64,000 nt of DNA. Origin: Capsulimonadaceae bacterium (GTDB taxonomy: Bacteria; Armatimonadota; Armatimonadia; Armatimonadales; Capsulimonadaceae). A program made the position numbers and the translations under genes. Below the pieces are notes generated by a model. The model saw only the letters and a list, made by a program, of their open reading frames with translations, did not search any database and had not been told where the DNA came from. The stretch lies in NCBI GenBank assembly GCA_965215505.1, contig OZ244065.1:2080001-2144000 (forward strand), given 5' to 3'. This document shows, piece after piece, positions 1 to 9,239 of this stretch (position 1 is the stretch's first letter; the number at the start of each line of letters is the position of its first letter).

Positions 1-828
1 GCCGGCGAAGAGCATATAATATGTATGATCTTTGCGCCACGCCCCCCACTTGTGGAGGCGCGGGGAACGGCTCTGGTCGGCCTCGTCCACGCCTAGCCCG
101 TAGTCGGTGTGTGCGTCGCCGATGTCCACCGCGCCCGCGCCGTCGGCCTTGTAGTCCATGTATTCGGCGTCGCCCTGTCCCAGCCCCCCGCCGCCCACAC
201 GGCCCGAGCCGGAGGCCTGGAGCAGATAGACCGTGGAGGGGCGCGTCGCCATAGACGTCGCCACGGTTCGCTCCAGGACCGGGACCTGGAGGGCTTCCAG
301 CGGCTGCGAGAGCATGGCCGGGGTCGGGGACAGGCGGAACATAGAAACTGTGATTGCGCCAGGCCCCGCCCGGCCACCGCCGGTGATGAGGCGGAGCGTC
401 AGCGGCCGGCCCGCACCGCTGACGATCATGTAGTAGGTGTGGTCCGCGCGGTGGCCTCCGAACCAGTGGCTCCGTGGGGGCGCGGCCTCTGACAGAGTAT
501 CTTGCGCCGGGGCGCCCACATCCACACCCATATCACCGCCGTACTCCGCATCCACGCTGTCGGCACCGGCCCTGATGGTTCCGGTGGCTTTAAGCAGGAA
601 TAACTCTCCCGCGTCGAGTGGGGTCTTGAAGCTGACTGCGCGTTGGCCCGCAGTCACGCGCACCGACTCCAGTGCCGCTGCACGGGCCTGTGAACGGCCC
701 TGAGCAGAGGCAGGTGAGGGGATGACAGCGAAGGTGAGGAGGACTGCTGCACCTGCAAGCAGTCCCTCGGGGGTGGATGCGGAGCGCGAGCGGTTTGGGA
801 ACGATAAAGCCTGGAAGACAGAGTACAT
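1..828 (-). CDS. Secreted protein with a tandemly repeated domain (partial, runs off the left edge; absent from the ORF track)
   Basis: ATG at 828 with AAGGAG at 835-840. Frame appears open to position 1 (codons read for 421-828 and 1-60). Signal peptide GLLAGAAVLLTFAVIPSPASA-Q. Repeated motifs DAEY...GVD...DHTYYM occur twice. Confidence 0.8.
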   Translation of the reverse strand, partial: MYSVFQALSFPNRSRSASTPEGLLAGAAVLLTFAVIPSPASAQGRSQARAAALESVRVTAGQRAVSFKTPLDAGELFLLKATGTIRAGADSVDAEYGGDMGVDVGAPAQDTLSEAAPPRSHWFGGHRADHTYYMIVSGAGRPLTLRLITGGGRAGPGAITVSMFRLSPTPAMLSQPLEALQVPVLERTVATSMATRPSTVYLLQASGSGRVGGGGLGQGDAEYMDYKADGAGAVDIGDAHTDYGLGVDEADQSRSPRLHKWGAWRKDHTYYMLFAG

Positions 829-941
829 TGAGTTCTCCTTTGGGAGAGGCGAGGCTGCGAGTTGATTGTCAGTACGGTCCTAGTTTACCACACAGGGCGG
901 CGGCAGAACTGAGTACAATGTTTTTGCCGAAGCTACTGCCA

Positions 942-970
942 TTGACAACGCCCAACCCGCCCGGTATACT
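942..970 (+). promoter_or_regulatory. Sigma70-type promoter for ubiD
   Basis: TTGACA (942-947), 17 nt spacer, TATACT (965-970). Confidence 0.75.
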
Positions 971-1028
971 GACACAGACATCGTGAAAAATTGCACGGAG
1001 TCGGACGATTTAGAACGGACCGTTAGAA

Positions 1029-2495
1029 ATGGCCTACTCTTCCCTGGGGGAGTTCATCGAGCGGCTGGACCGGGCGGGTGAGCTGAGACGCATCACCACG
1101 CCGGTCAGCCCCATCCTGGAGATCACCGAGATCGCCGACCGCGTGATGAAGATGCCCGGCGGCGGACCCGCCCTGCTGTTCGAGAACGTGAAGGGGTCCA
1201 AGTTCCCGCTCGCCATCAACCTCATGGGGTCCCGCAAGCGCATGTCTTGGGCCTTGGGCGCGGACGACCTCGAAGACATCGCTGCCGAGATCGCCGCGCT
1301 GACGCGGCTGCCTTCGGACGTTCCCGCCTCGCTGATGGGCAAGCTCCAGCTCCTGCCGCAGCTCGCCTCACTCGGCAAGATCAGCCCTAAGCTGGTTTCC
1401 TCCTCGTTCGCGCCCTGTCAGGAAGTGGTCAAGACCGGCGCGGACGCCAACTTGGACGACCTGCCCATCCTCACCTGCTGGCCCGAAGACGGCGGCCCGT
1501 ACATCACTCTGCCGCTCGTCTTTACCAAGGACGAGGGGACCGGCAAGCGCAACGTCGGCATGTACCGTATTCAGAAGCAGGGGCCGCACGAAACCGGGAT
1601 GCACTGGCAGCGGCACAAAGTCGGCTCCCGGCACTTCGCAAACTTTGAAGCCAAGGGCCGGGACATCCCCGTCGCCATCGTCCTGGGCGGCGACCCGGCC
1701 ATCATCTACTCGGCCACCGCGCCCCTGCCGGACGAGATTGATGAGATGGTGTTTGCCGGCTTCCTCCGCAAGAAGCCGGTCGAGCTGGTCAAGTGCAAGA
1801 CCATTGACATGGAGGTCCCCGCCGACGCTGAGTTCGTCATCGAGGGCGTCGTCCCCGCCGGTGTCCGCAAGCGCGAAGGCCCGTTCGGCGACCACACGGG
1901 CTACTACAGTCTGGCCGACGACTATCCCGTCTTCAAAGTCACCGCCATCACGCACCGGCGCAACGCCGTCTACCCCTGCACCATCGTCGGCCCGCCGCCG
2001 ATGGAGGACAAGTACATCGGGCTTGCCACCGAGCGGCTGTTCCTCCCGCTCGCGCGGCTGTTCGTGCCCGAGATGATTGACTACCACCTGCCCGCCGAGG
2101 GGGCATTCCACAACCTGGCCCTGGTCCGCATCAAGAAGCGCTATCCGGGCCACGCCTTCAAGGTCATGCACGCCCTCTGGGGCTTGGGCCAGATGATGTT
2201 CACCAAGTGCATCGTCGTCGTGGACGAGGACGTGGATGTCCAGAACCCCGGCGAGGTCGTCTGGCGCGCGCTCGCCAACATTGACCCCGAGCGGGACATC
2301 ACCTTCGTCAAAGGCCCGATTGATGTCCTCGACCACGCCTCTCCCTTGCCCGCCTTCGGCTCCAAGATGGGCGTGGATGCCACCCGCAAGTGGCCCGACG
2401 AGGGTTTCCGGCGCGAATGGCCGGACGTGCTAACCATGCCCGCTCCGATTAAGGCGAGGGTGGATGCGCTCTGGAAAGATCTGGGCCTTGGCTGA
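1029..2495 (+). CDS. ubiD: UbiD-family (prFMN-dependent) decarboxylase, probably menaquinone/ubiquinone biosynthesis
   Basis: Family motifs WPEDGGPYIT, NVGMYR, EGPFGDHTGYY, IVVVDEDVD, GSKMGVDAT. Confidence 0.92.
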   Translation: MAYSSLGEFIERLDRAGELRRITTPVSPILEITEIADRVMKMPGGGPALLFENVKGSKFPLAINLMGSRKRMSWALGADDLEDIAAEIAALTRLPSDVPASLMGKLQLLPQLASLGKISPKLVSSSFAPCQEVVKTGADANLDDLPILTCWPEDGGPYITLPLVFTKDEGTGKRNVGMYRIQKQGPHETGMHWQRHKVGSRHFANFEAKGRDIPVAIVLGGDPAIIYSATAPLPDEIDEMVFAGFLRKKPVELVKCKTIDMEVPADAEFVIEGVVPAGVRKREGPFGDHTGYYSLADDYPVFKVTAITHRRNAVYPCTIVGPPPMEDKYIGLATERLFLPLARLFVPEMIDYHLPAEGAFHNLALVRIKKRYPGHAFKVMHALWGLGQMMFTKCIVVVDEDVDVQNPGEVVWRALANIDPERDITFVKGPIDVLDHASPLPAFGSKMGVDATRKWPDEGFRREWPDVLTMPAPIKARVDALWKDLGLG

Positions 2496-2919
2496 CCCCT
2501 GGCGCGTCTACAAGCCCTGGTTCTGGGCGGCGACGGTTTATAACATCGTCTGGGGCACGCTGGTCGGCCTGGACCCAAGCCTGATGCTGGGGTGGATGGG
2601 GATGACGGCCGCCCAGCAGGCCGGGGCGGGGCCGCTGCCGCTCATCCTGTCGGCCTGCATCGGCATGTTCGTCGGCGTCTACGCCATCGGCTACGCCTGC
2701 GTCGCCCTGGACCCCCGGCGCTTCTGGCCCTTCGCCTTCCTGGGCCTGTGCGGCAAGGTACTCGGCCCGGCGGGATGGGTATTACACCATGTACTCGGGC
2801 ACCTGCCCTGGCGCTCGCTGTGGGTGAACGTCTTCAACGACCTGATTTGGTGGCCCGCGTTCTTCGGGCTGCTGCTGACCGTGTGGCGCGAGTACCGCGC
2901 CGGGAGGATACGACTTTGA
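2488..2919 (+). CDS. Small 4-TM membrane protein of unknown function
   Basis: TTG start overlaps the end of ubiD. Hydrophobic segments with motifs YNIVWG, IGMFVGVYAIGY, GKVLGP, NDLIWW. Confidence 0.75.
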   Translation: MADPWRVYKPWFWAATVYNIVWGTLVGLDPSLMLGWMGMTAAQQAGAGPLPLILSACIGMFVGVYAIGYACVALDPRRFWPFAFLGLCGKVLGPAGWVLHHVLGHLPWRSLWVNVFNDLIWWPAFFGLLLTVWREYRAGRIRL

Positions 2920-3005
2920 CACCCTACTTCCTGAAATCGTTCGCGCTGGGCATCGTCCTGACCGCCCTACTCGCCTATGTGCTAATCAAGCTCGGCTGGG
3001 AGTGA
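2916..3005 (+). CDS. Putative 29-aa single-TM small protein (MTPYFLKSFALGIVLTALLAYVLIKLGWE)
   Basis: TTGA start/stop overlap with the upstream gene, GGAGGA just upstream, one clean hydrophobic helix. Confidence 0.55.
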   Translation: MTPYFLKSFALGIVLTALLAYVLIKLGWE

Positions 3006-3113
3006 CCAGGGCGGGAACATCTCGGCGCGCTCCACGGTCGGACATGCAGGCTTGACGCGGGAACGCCCCGTGTGCCATGATAGCCTTAGCAGTCTCTCGG
3101 AACAGGAACGCCT

Positions 3114-3509
3114 TTGATCCCCCCCGCCAAATCCCAGGCCGATTTTCCCGGCCGCATCCTCGCCCTGCTGGTCTTCTTGGTCGGCGTCGGCATGCTCGTC
3201 TTCGTCTTCGTCACCGCCCTGCACCTCTTCCAGTCGCCCGTGCCGGGCCTGGAGCCGCTGCAAAAGGCGGGGGCAGCGCCCCCACCCGCCGCCAACATCG
3301 GCACGGCCCTGGCGGACTTTGCCCGCCGCCTCCTGCTCCTGATGGTGATGACATTGGCCGGCTCCATCCTGGCAAGTAAAGGCGCACATCTTTACTTCGG
3401 CACGGTCCATCCCGCTTCGGCACCGGAAGCCGCGCCGGCCGTTCGGGGCGGGCAGAGCATTCAGACGCCTCCGATTGAATCGGCCCCGGCGGAGAAGCTG
3501 CCTTCCTAG
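3114..3509 (+). CDS. Hypothetical 2-TM membrane protein
   Basis: Two hydrophobic helices, Pro/Ala-rich tail, possible promoter TTGACG-18-CATGAT upstream. Confidence 0.7.
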   Translation: MIPPAKSQADFPGRILALLVFLVGVGMLVFVFVTALHLFQSPVPGLEPLQKAGAAPPPAANIGTALADFARRLLLLMVMTLAGSILASKGAHLYFGTVHPASAPEAAPAVRGGQSIQTPPIESAPAEKLPS

Positions 3510-4180
3510 AAGTCGGCGACGAGGGGAAGATGGTCCGAAGCCTGGCTGTTGATGGGAGTGATAGCGCGGAGCATCAGCTCCGGCGAGTAGAGGACGTAAT
3601 CAATCCGGGCGGCGGGCGTGTCGGCGGGATAAGTCAGGCGGTTCAAGTCGGCGTCAGCGTCGGCGAGGTCGGCCCGCGCCCGCAGGGCCGAGATGCCCGC
3701 CGCTTTGGGTCCCTCATTGAAGTCGCCGCAGACGAGGACCGGACCGACTGCATCGGCCACTAGTTTCGCCAGATGCGCCCCCTGTCGCTCCCGCTCGGCC
3801 CCGTTCAGCCCCCAGTGCGTACAGAAGACGGTCAAAAGCCCCATCGGCGTCGTCAGGTTCACTTCCAGTGCCCCACGCTGCTCCCGGGCGCTCGGGAGCA
3901 GATGGTTCTGCACCAAGTTGACTGGGTAGCGCGAGACGAGGGCGAGGCCATAAGCGCCGACACCCAGCCGCAGGTTGGCCTGGAAGACGACCGGCAGCCC
4001 CAGGGCCTTTTGCAGCCGCCCCGGCTGGTCCACGAACCGGCTCTGCGGCAAGCGCTGATGCACTTCCTGCAAGCACAAGATGTCTGGGTCCTGTTCCAGA
4101 ACGACCTCGGCGATCCTTTCCGTGGACCACTGCCCGTCCATACCCCACCCGCCCCGGATGTTATAGGTCATCACGCGCAT
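3506..4180 (-). CDS. Endonuclease/exonuclease/phosphatase (EEP) family protein
   Basis: MTYNI, LCLQEV, GDFN, RIDY and SDHLP motifs. Confidence 0.92.
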   Translation of the reverse strand: MRVMTYNIRGGWGMDGQWSTERIAEVVLEQDPDILCLQEVHQRLPQSRFVDQPGRLQKALGLPVVFQANLRLGVGAYGLALVSRYPVNLVQNHLLPSAREQRGALEVNLTTPMGLLTVFCTHWGLNGAERERQGAHLAKLVADAVGPVLVCGDFNEGPKAAGISALRARADLADADADLNRLTYPADTPAARIDYVLYSPELMLRAITPINSQASDHLPLVADF

Positions 4181-4182
4181 CG

Positions 4183-5622
4183 CTAGACCTTCCTCGGCTC
4201 ACCGCCTAGACGGAGCGCCGGGCCGGCAGGCATCAGCCCGCGCACCCAGGCCCGCACCACGCCGGGCCGCTTCGCCCGCATGATTTCCCACGCCAGCAGT
4301 AAATAGAACGGCACATACTCGGCGATGGGCGTCCACCAGTAGGGCATGAAAGAGATGTAGAAGGTGTAGAGCAGCACGGACAGGCCGGACAGCAGGACGA
4401 ACGAGTACAGAGGCCGCCGCCCCAGCAGCGGCACGAAGGCTAGGGTCCAAAGCAGATACCAGGGGAACAGCGTTGGGATCACAAGCAGGGTCACGGCCAG
4501 CACGGCGAACGACCGCCGCAGCAGGTCGGCATACGAGGCCACAGGCCGCCACACGGACCAGGCCACGACCCCCAGGATGGCGGCATCGGACAGTTTCTCC
4601 GTGACGGCATAGTGCGAACGGCGCGTGACGTGGGCGAGGCCCATATTCACCCAGTTGAACAGGCCCGCGTTGACGTGGACCGTCTCCAGATACTGGTGCA
4701 TCCCGTGGAGGAACTGCGGCAGGTATACCCACAGCGGCATCCCCAGGTAGACCAGGCCGAAGACCGCCCAGAAGGCAAAACGCCGACCGTGGACGCGGGC
4801 AAACAGCGGCAGCAGCAGCAGCGCAAAGCCCTTCGTCAGCGCGGCGGCGACCAGGGCCAGCGCGGCCCAGCCGGCCAGCTTCTCCGACCGCATGACCAGG
4901 GTGAACGCGAGCAGCAGGAAGAAGACGCCGACGATGTCCTGGTGCCCGGCCATCGCCACTTCGGTGATCGGCAGCGGGCACCAGGCGTACCAGATCACCT
5001 GGGTCAAGGGCCGCCCCTGCCGCTTCAGGAGTTGGAGCAGCAGGGCGATGACGCCGAAGTCGAACAGCGTGTAAAGAACCTTGTAGCCGATGGCATTACT
5101 ACCGAACAAGGTGTTGGCAGCGGCGAAAATTCCCTGCGAAACCGGCATGTAGATGGACTGGTAGCTCTTATACTCCATCGCGTTCCAGCCCGCATCCCGC
5201 AGGAAACGCAGCGGCTGAGCATTAGGTGCCCAGTGGTAGGGGTTGATGCCGTGGTTGATCAGCCGCCCGTCCCAGATGTAGAGCAGGATGTCGGTGGAAA
5301 GCTGGGCCGGGGCGAAGACGACCGCCAGGCGGAACAGGAACGCACCGCCGAGGATGACAGGGAGGGCATAGCGGGAGAGAGAGCGCGGGACGGAAGGCAG
5401 GAGGCAGCCCGCGCCGAAGACGTACAGCCCGAAGCAGAGGCCGTAGGCACCGAGATAGACCCAGACCGGGTTGAGGGGATAAAGCAGGCGACCCAGGAAG
5501 AAGTAGAGGCTCGCCAGGTCGGCGGCCACCAGGACCAGCCAGAACAGCGGCAGCGCGGCCCGGCGGCGCGGAGTGGCCTTCTTTGGGGCGTGTGCGGCCT
5601 TCTGAGGAATGGCGTCAATCAT
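4183..5622 (-). CDS. Polytopic GT-C glycosyltransferase (GT87/DUF2029-like)
   Basis: LSTDILLYIWDG..GINPY, YAWCPLPITE..GHQD and PWYLLW motifs, many TM segments. Confidence 0.8.
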   Translation of the reverse strand: MIDAIPQKAAHAPKKATPRRRAALPLFWLVLVAADLASLYFFLGRLLYPLNPVWVYLGAYGLCFGLYVFGAGCLLPSVPRSLSRYALPVILGGAFLFRLAVVFAPAQLSTDILLYIWDGRLINHGINPYHWAPNAQPLRFLRDAGWNAMEYKSYQSIYMPVSQGIFAAANTLFGSNAIGYKVLYTLFDFGVIALLLQLLKRQGRPLTQVIWYAWCPLPITEVAMAGHQDIVGVFFLLLAFTLVMRSEKLAGWAALALVAAALTKGFALLLLPLFARVHGRRFAFWAVFGLVYLGMPLWVYLPQFLHGMHQYLETVHVNAGLFNWVNMGLAHVTRRSHYAVTEKLSDAAILGVVAWSVWRPVASYADLLRRSFAVLAVTLLVIPTLFPWYLLWTLAFVPLLGRRPLYSFVLLSGLSVLLYTFYISFMPYWWTPIAEYVPFYLLLAWEIMRAKRPGVVRAWVRGLMPAGPALRLGGEPRKV

Positions 5623-5638
5623 TTCTGGTTGCAGGGTG

Positions 5639-6139
5639 TCAGCGTGTGCGGGCCGGGCGCTTCAGGTAGGGCGCAATGGCTGCCGCCAAACTCTGCGCCG
5701 TCTGCTCGCCGGTCAGCGTCTTCACCCGGCGGCCCTGCCGGTCGTAGATGAATGTCCGGGGCAGGTCGCCCTGCCAGGTCGGGTCGAGCGCGTTAATGAA
5801 GTCTTCCGGGTCCGCGCTCTTTTCCAGGTAGGCCGGGAACGCCGCCCCCTGCTTTGCCAGGAACGGCTCCACTTTCGTGTGCAGGTCCTTGGCCGAGTCG
5901 GCGGAGACGGCGATGACGGACAAACCCTGCGCCTTATACAGCCGGCTGGCCTTGACGATGGCCGGGAACTCGGCGACACATGGCCCGCACCAGGTCGCCC
6001 AGAAATTGACCAAGACGACGTGGCCCTTTTGGGCGGCGATGGCAGCTTTGAGCGCGGGCGCGTCGGCGGGCGTGACGGCGGCATGGGCCGCCGTCACGGT
6101 CAGCAGGAGGCCGAGGATGGTAGGAACGCTGGTCCTCAT
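5639..6139 (-). CDS. Exported TlpA-like thiol-disulfide oxidoreductase
   Basis: VNFWATWCGPC motif, signal peptide (AAHA-A). ATG at 6139 lies next to the upstream stop. Confidence 0.9.
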   Translation of the reverse strand: MRTSVPTILGLLLTVTAAHAAVTPADAPALKAAIAAQKGHVVLVNFWATWCGPCVAEFPAIVKASRLYKAQGLSVIAVSADSAKDLHTKVEPFLAKQGAAFPAYLEKSADPEDFINALDPTWQGDLPRTFIYDRQGRRVKTLTGEQTAQSLAAAIAPYLKRPARTR

Positions 6140-6140
6140 C

Positions 6141-7322
6141 TTAGCCCCGCTTAATCGAGCAGCCGAACGCCTTGGTCTGCGATTTGGCGATGGGCTGACC
6201 GGCCAGAGTCGCGTCCAGCGCATCGGCCAGCTCATGCGTTTTGGCGTTTGAGATGTCCACGTCGTTGTCAATGCGGCCGTGGTAGACCAGGACGCCCTTG
6301 GCATTAATCACATAAGTTTCCGGCGTCACATGGGCGCTGTAGGCGTCCGAAACCTTGTTGCCGGGGTCCACCAGGACGGGGAACGGGAAGCTCTGCTGCT
6401 TGGTGAACGAGGCGACTTCCGCCTTCGGCTCGTTCTGGTCCGAATCAATGCCGACGAACGACACGCCCTGCGCGCCGTACCTTTTTGCCAGCGTCGTCAT
6501 GCGCTCGTTGTAGGCATTGGAGATGGGGCAGCGCGTGGAGATGAACATGACTACGGTGGCCTTCTTGCCCTGCGCCAGCGCAGGCAGCGACTTGGCCTGT
6601 CCGGTCACGGCGTCGGACAGGGAGAAGGCGGGCGCGGCGTAGCCGACCGTCGCAGTCGCCGTCTTCTTGAGGCCCACAGTCATGAAACTCGGCTCCACAA
6701 TGGGAATGCCAGGGACTTCAACACCCACCTCGTTCGTGTCGCTGAACGAAACATGGCTCGTCTTGGCGACCGCCGGGTGCGCCTTGATCCAGTTGACCCA
6801 GTCCGCGCCGCAGGTGTTCAGGTGGCCGTTGACGTTCTTGTCCACGAAGGCGACCTTGCCGTCCGCGCCGATGATGTAGGTCACGCGGTTTGCGAAGCCC
6901 GCGCCGGGGATCAGGTCGCCGTAGGCGGTCGTCATCGTCTTCCCCGTGTCGGCCAGCAGGGTGTACGGGATGCCCGCCGAGGTGCAGAACGACTTGTGCG
7001 ACTTGGCATCCTGGACGCTGACGCCGTAAACGGTCACGCCCTCTGCCTTCAGGGCCGGATAGGCCGCCGAGAGGGAGTGCGCCTCGATGGTGCAGCCGCC
7101 CGTAAAGTCGGCGGGGTAGAAGGCCACCAAGACGACCTTGCCCTTGTCGGCGGCCAGCGTGTGCGTCTTGCCGTCCTGATCGGGGAGCGAGTAGGCCGGG
7201 GCCGCCGCGCCGACGGTCGGTGCGCTGGCGTCCATCGCGTGCTGTGCCTGCCCGAAGGCGATGGCGGCCACGGCGACGGAGGCCGAGGCGGCGAGGAAAA
7301 TGGTCTGCTTGATTCGTGTCAT
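6141..7322 (-). CDS. Exported two-domain peroxiredoxin/redoxin (BCP-like plus AhpC/TSA-like)
   Basis: FYPADFTGGCTIE in domain 1, FISTRCPIS...YHGRID...FGCSIK in domain 2, N-terminal signal. Confidence 0.85.
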   Translation of the reverse strand: MTRIKQTIFLAASASVAVAAIAFGQAQHAMDASAPTVGAAAPAYSLPDQDGKTHTLAADKGKVVLVAFYPADFTGGCTIEAHSLSAAYPALKAEGVTVYGVSVQDAKSHKSFCTSAGIPYTLLADTGKTMTTAYGDLIPGAGFANRVTYIIGADGKVAFVDKNVNGHLNTCGADWVNWIKAHPAVAKTSHVSFSDTNEVGVEVPGIPIVEPSFMTVGLKKTATATVGYAAPAFSLSDAVTGQAKSLPALAQGKKATVVMFISTRCPISNAYNERMTTLAKRYGAQGVSFVGIDSDQNEPKAEVASFTKQQSFPFPVLVDPGNKVSDAYSAHVTPETYVINAKGVLVYHGRIDNDVDISNAKTHELADALDATLAGQPIAKSQTKAFGCSIKRG

Positions 7323-7435
7323 CGGTGTCTGCTTTCTAGAAACTCGTCCCGGCATCAGCCAAGAGAAGGTAGCCCTACGACTCAGATAGGTTCTTATACC
7401 CCGTGCGCCGTTAAACCGTTCCCGCGCGCCGTGTC

Positions 7436-9043
7436 CTATTCAGACGGGACGGCCTGCACGCGGACTTCGAGGGGCAGGTCGAACGTCTTCTCAAAGTTTG
7501 GGGCCTGCCCCTCGGCGGCCCACACCTCGAGCTGGGCATCTGCATTGGCGAGGAGCGTCATCCGCACGCGGCTGGGTCCGGTGAGCTTCTCGCAGGCGAT
7601 GTCCCGGACGAGCATCAGGTGGCTGCGGTCGAGGGCTTCGGCCAGCCGCAGGGCGCAGGAGAGGACGCGGATGGCGCGCTGCGCTTCGGGGTCCAGGCGC
7701 GCGTAGTGCGCGTGTTTGCGGCGCGGCCCGCCTTTGCGGTGGTACAGGGCCAGGCTCGCCATGATCTCGATCTCGCGGTCGTTGAAGCCCAGAAGCTCGG
7801 AGTGGCGGATGAGGTAGTAGGAGTGCTGCTGGTGGTCCGTGTGCGAGACGAAAAAGCCCGCGTCGTGCAGCAGAGCGGCGTATTCCAATAGCTCGCGGGC
7901 GGGGCCGTAGTCGTGCAGGCCCAGGGTCTTCCACTGGTCGAACAGCGAGAGCGAGAGGTGGACGATGTGGGCGGAGTGCGCCTCGTCCACGCCGGTCGCC
8001 GCCATGAGTTGGCGGATGGACCGGCGGCGGGCGCTGTCCCCCTCTTCGGGGACGGGGGCGTCCCGCCGGAGCCGGTCCACGATGATGCCTTCGCGCAGGC
8101 CCCGGTCGCTGATGCGGATTGCGTCCGCCCCGACCGTCTCCATGACGGTCTGCAAGATGGCGCTGCCGCCGATGATGATGTCGGCCCGCTCCGGGTTGAT
8201 GCCGGGCACGCGCCGCCGCTGCTCCAGGGTCATCGCGCAGAGCCGCTTGGTGGTCGCCTGCACATCCGCCAGGGACAGCTCGTAGTTGCGGAAGGAGGTC
8301 GGGACGGGCAGGGCGGCGGCATTCGCGATGATCTCGGCGAGGTTCTGGGCGGTCCCCGAGGACCCGTACATGACCGAGAAACCGGCCCGGTTGATGGAGC
8401 GGGCTGCCGGGGCCAGGAGGGAGCGGACGCGGCGCTGCAAGTCGGCCCAGGCGGCGGGGGTGACGGGCTTCGTGGGGTCGGGAACGCCCTCCGCCGTCAG
8501 GCGGATGGCCCCCATTTTGAGGCTGTCCAGGAAAGCATGGCTCTGGCTGTCGCCGACGATCAGCTCAGTCGAGCCGCCGCCGATGTCCATAAACAGGGCG
8601 CGCTCTCCGGCGGGAAGATCTATCCCGGTGACGACGCCCAGGTAGATCAGCCGCGCCTCTTCCTGCCCCGAGATGATGCGGACATCCAGATCGGCCAGGT
8701 TGCGGACGCGCTTGACGAACTCATCCCCGTTGTCTGCCTCCCGGACGGCGGCGGTGGCGAGCGCGACGATCTCATCGGCTCCGAAGCCGTGCGCCACCTC
8801 AGCGAACCGGGCGCAGACCAAAGCGCCCCGCGCGATGGCCGCCTCGGTCAGCGAGTGGCCGCCGCTTTCCGGCTCGTCCTTGCCCGCCCTAGTCCTCGCC
8901 GGGACCTGGTCGAATTCGCCTTCGCCGAGACGGACGACCTGCTTCTGGGAGGCCAGCGTCGTCCAGGTCTGGTTGGGCTTGACCTCGACCACGGCAAGCC
9001 GGACGGAGTTTGTCCCGATGTCCATCGCGGCAAAGGTTCGCAT
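7436..9043 (-). CDS. ppx: Ppx/GppA exopolyphosphatase with C-terminal HD domain
   Basis: DIGTNS, ATAAVREA, EEARL, DIGGGSTE, GLREG and LLHDAG motifs. Confidence 0.93.
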   Translation of the reverse strand: MRTFAAMDIGTNSVRLAVVEVKPNQTWTTLASQKQVVRLGEGEFDQVPARTRAGKDEPESGGHSLTEAAIARGALVCARFAEVAHGFGADEIVALATAAVREADNGDEFVKRVRNLADLDVRIISGQEEARLIYLGVVTGIDLPAGERALFMDIGGGSTELIVGDSQSHAFLDSLKMGAIRLTAEGVPDPTKPVTPAAWADLQRRVRSLLAPAARSINRAGFSVMYGSSGTAQNLAEIIANAAALPVPTSFRNYELSLADVQATTKRLCAMTLEQRRRVPGINPERADIIIGGSAILQTVMETVGADAIRISDRGLREGIIVDRLRRDAPVPEEGDSARRRSIRQLMAATGVDEAHSAHIVHLSLSLFDQWKTLGLHDYGPARELLEYAALLHDAGFFVSHTDHQQHSYYLIRHSELLGFNDREIEIMASLALYHRKGGPRRKHAHYARLDPEAQRAIRVLSCALRLAEALDRSHLMLVRDIACEKLTGPSRVRMTLLANADAQLEVWAAEGQAPNFEKTFDLPLEVRVQAVPSE

Positions 9044-9050
9044 AGACCCT

Positions 9051-9080
9051 AGCATACCCGATGCGGGGGGGCGGGGTCAA
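9051..9080 (-). promoter_or_regulatory. Promoter for ppx, likely giving a leaderless mRNA
   Basis: TTGACC-18-TATGCT on the minus strand, ATG 7 nt downstream of the -10, no Shine-Dalgarno. Confidence 0.55.
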
Positions 9081-9084
9081 GGAG

Positions 9085-9235
9085 CCTGCCCCCGGCACAA
9101 GTGCCGCCCCCTCCCTGTTAGGGAAGGGTGAGGATACCGACAATAAATGACCCCCGCTTCTCTATCAAGAGGCAGGGGCCAATTCTCTTTACCCTACCCT
9201 GGCAGGGAGGGGGCGGCACTTGTGCCGGGGGTAGG
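9085..9235. repeat. REPIN/MITE-like element with ~45-bp inverted repeats
   Basis: ccccggcacaagtgccgcccctccctg..aggg (9085-9128) and its reverse complement (9190-9235), directly after the giant gene's stop. Confidence 0.8.
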
Positions 9236-9239
9236 TCTC

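Noticed and set aside
3506-3509. Convergent genes sharing a CTAG double stop
   Set aside because: A common compact arrangement with no further signal.
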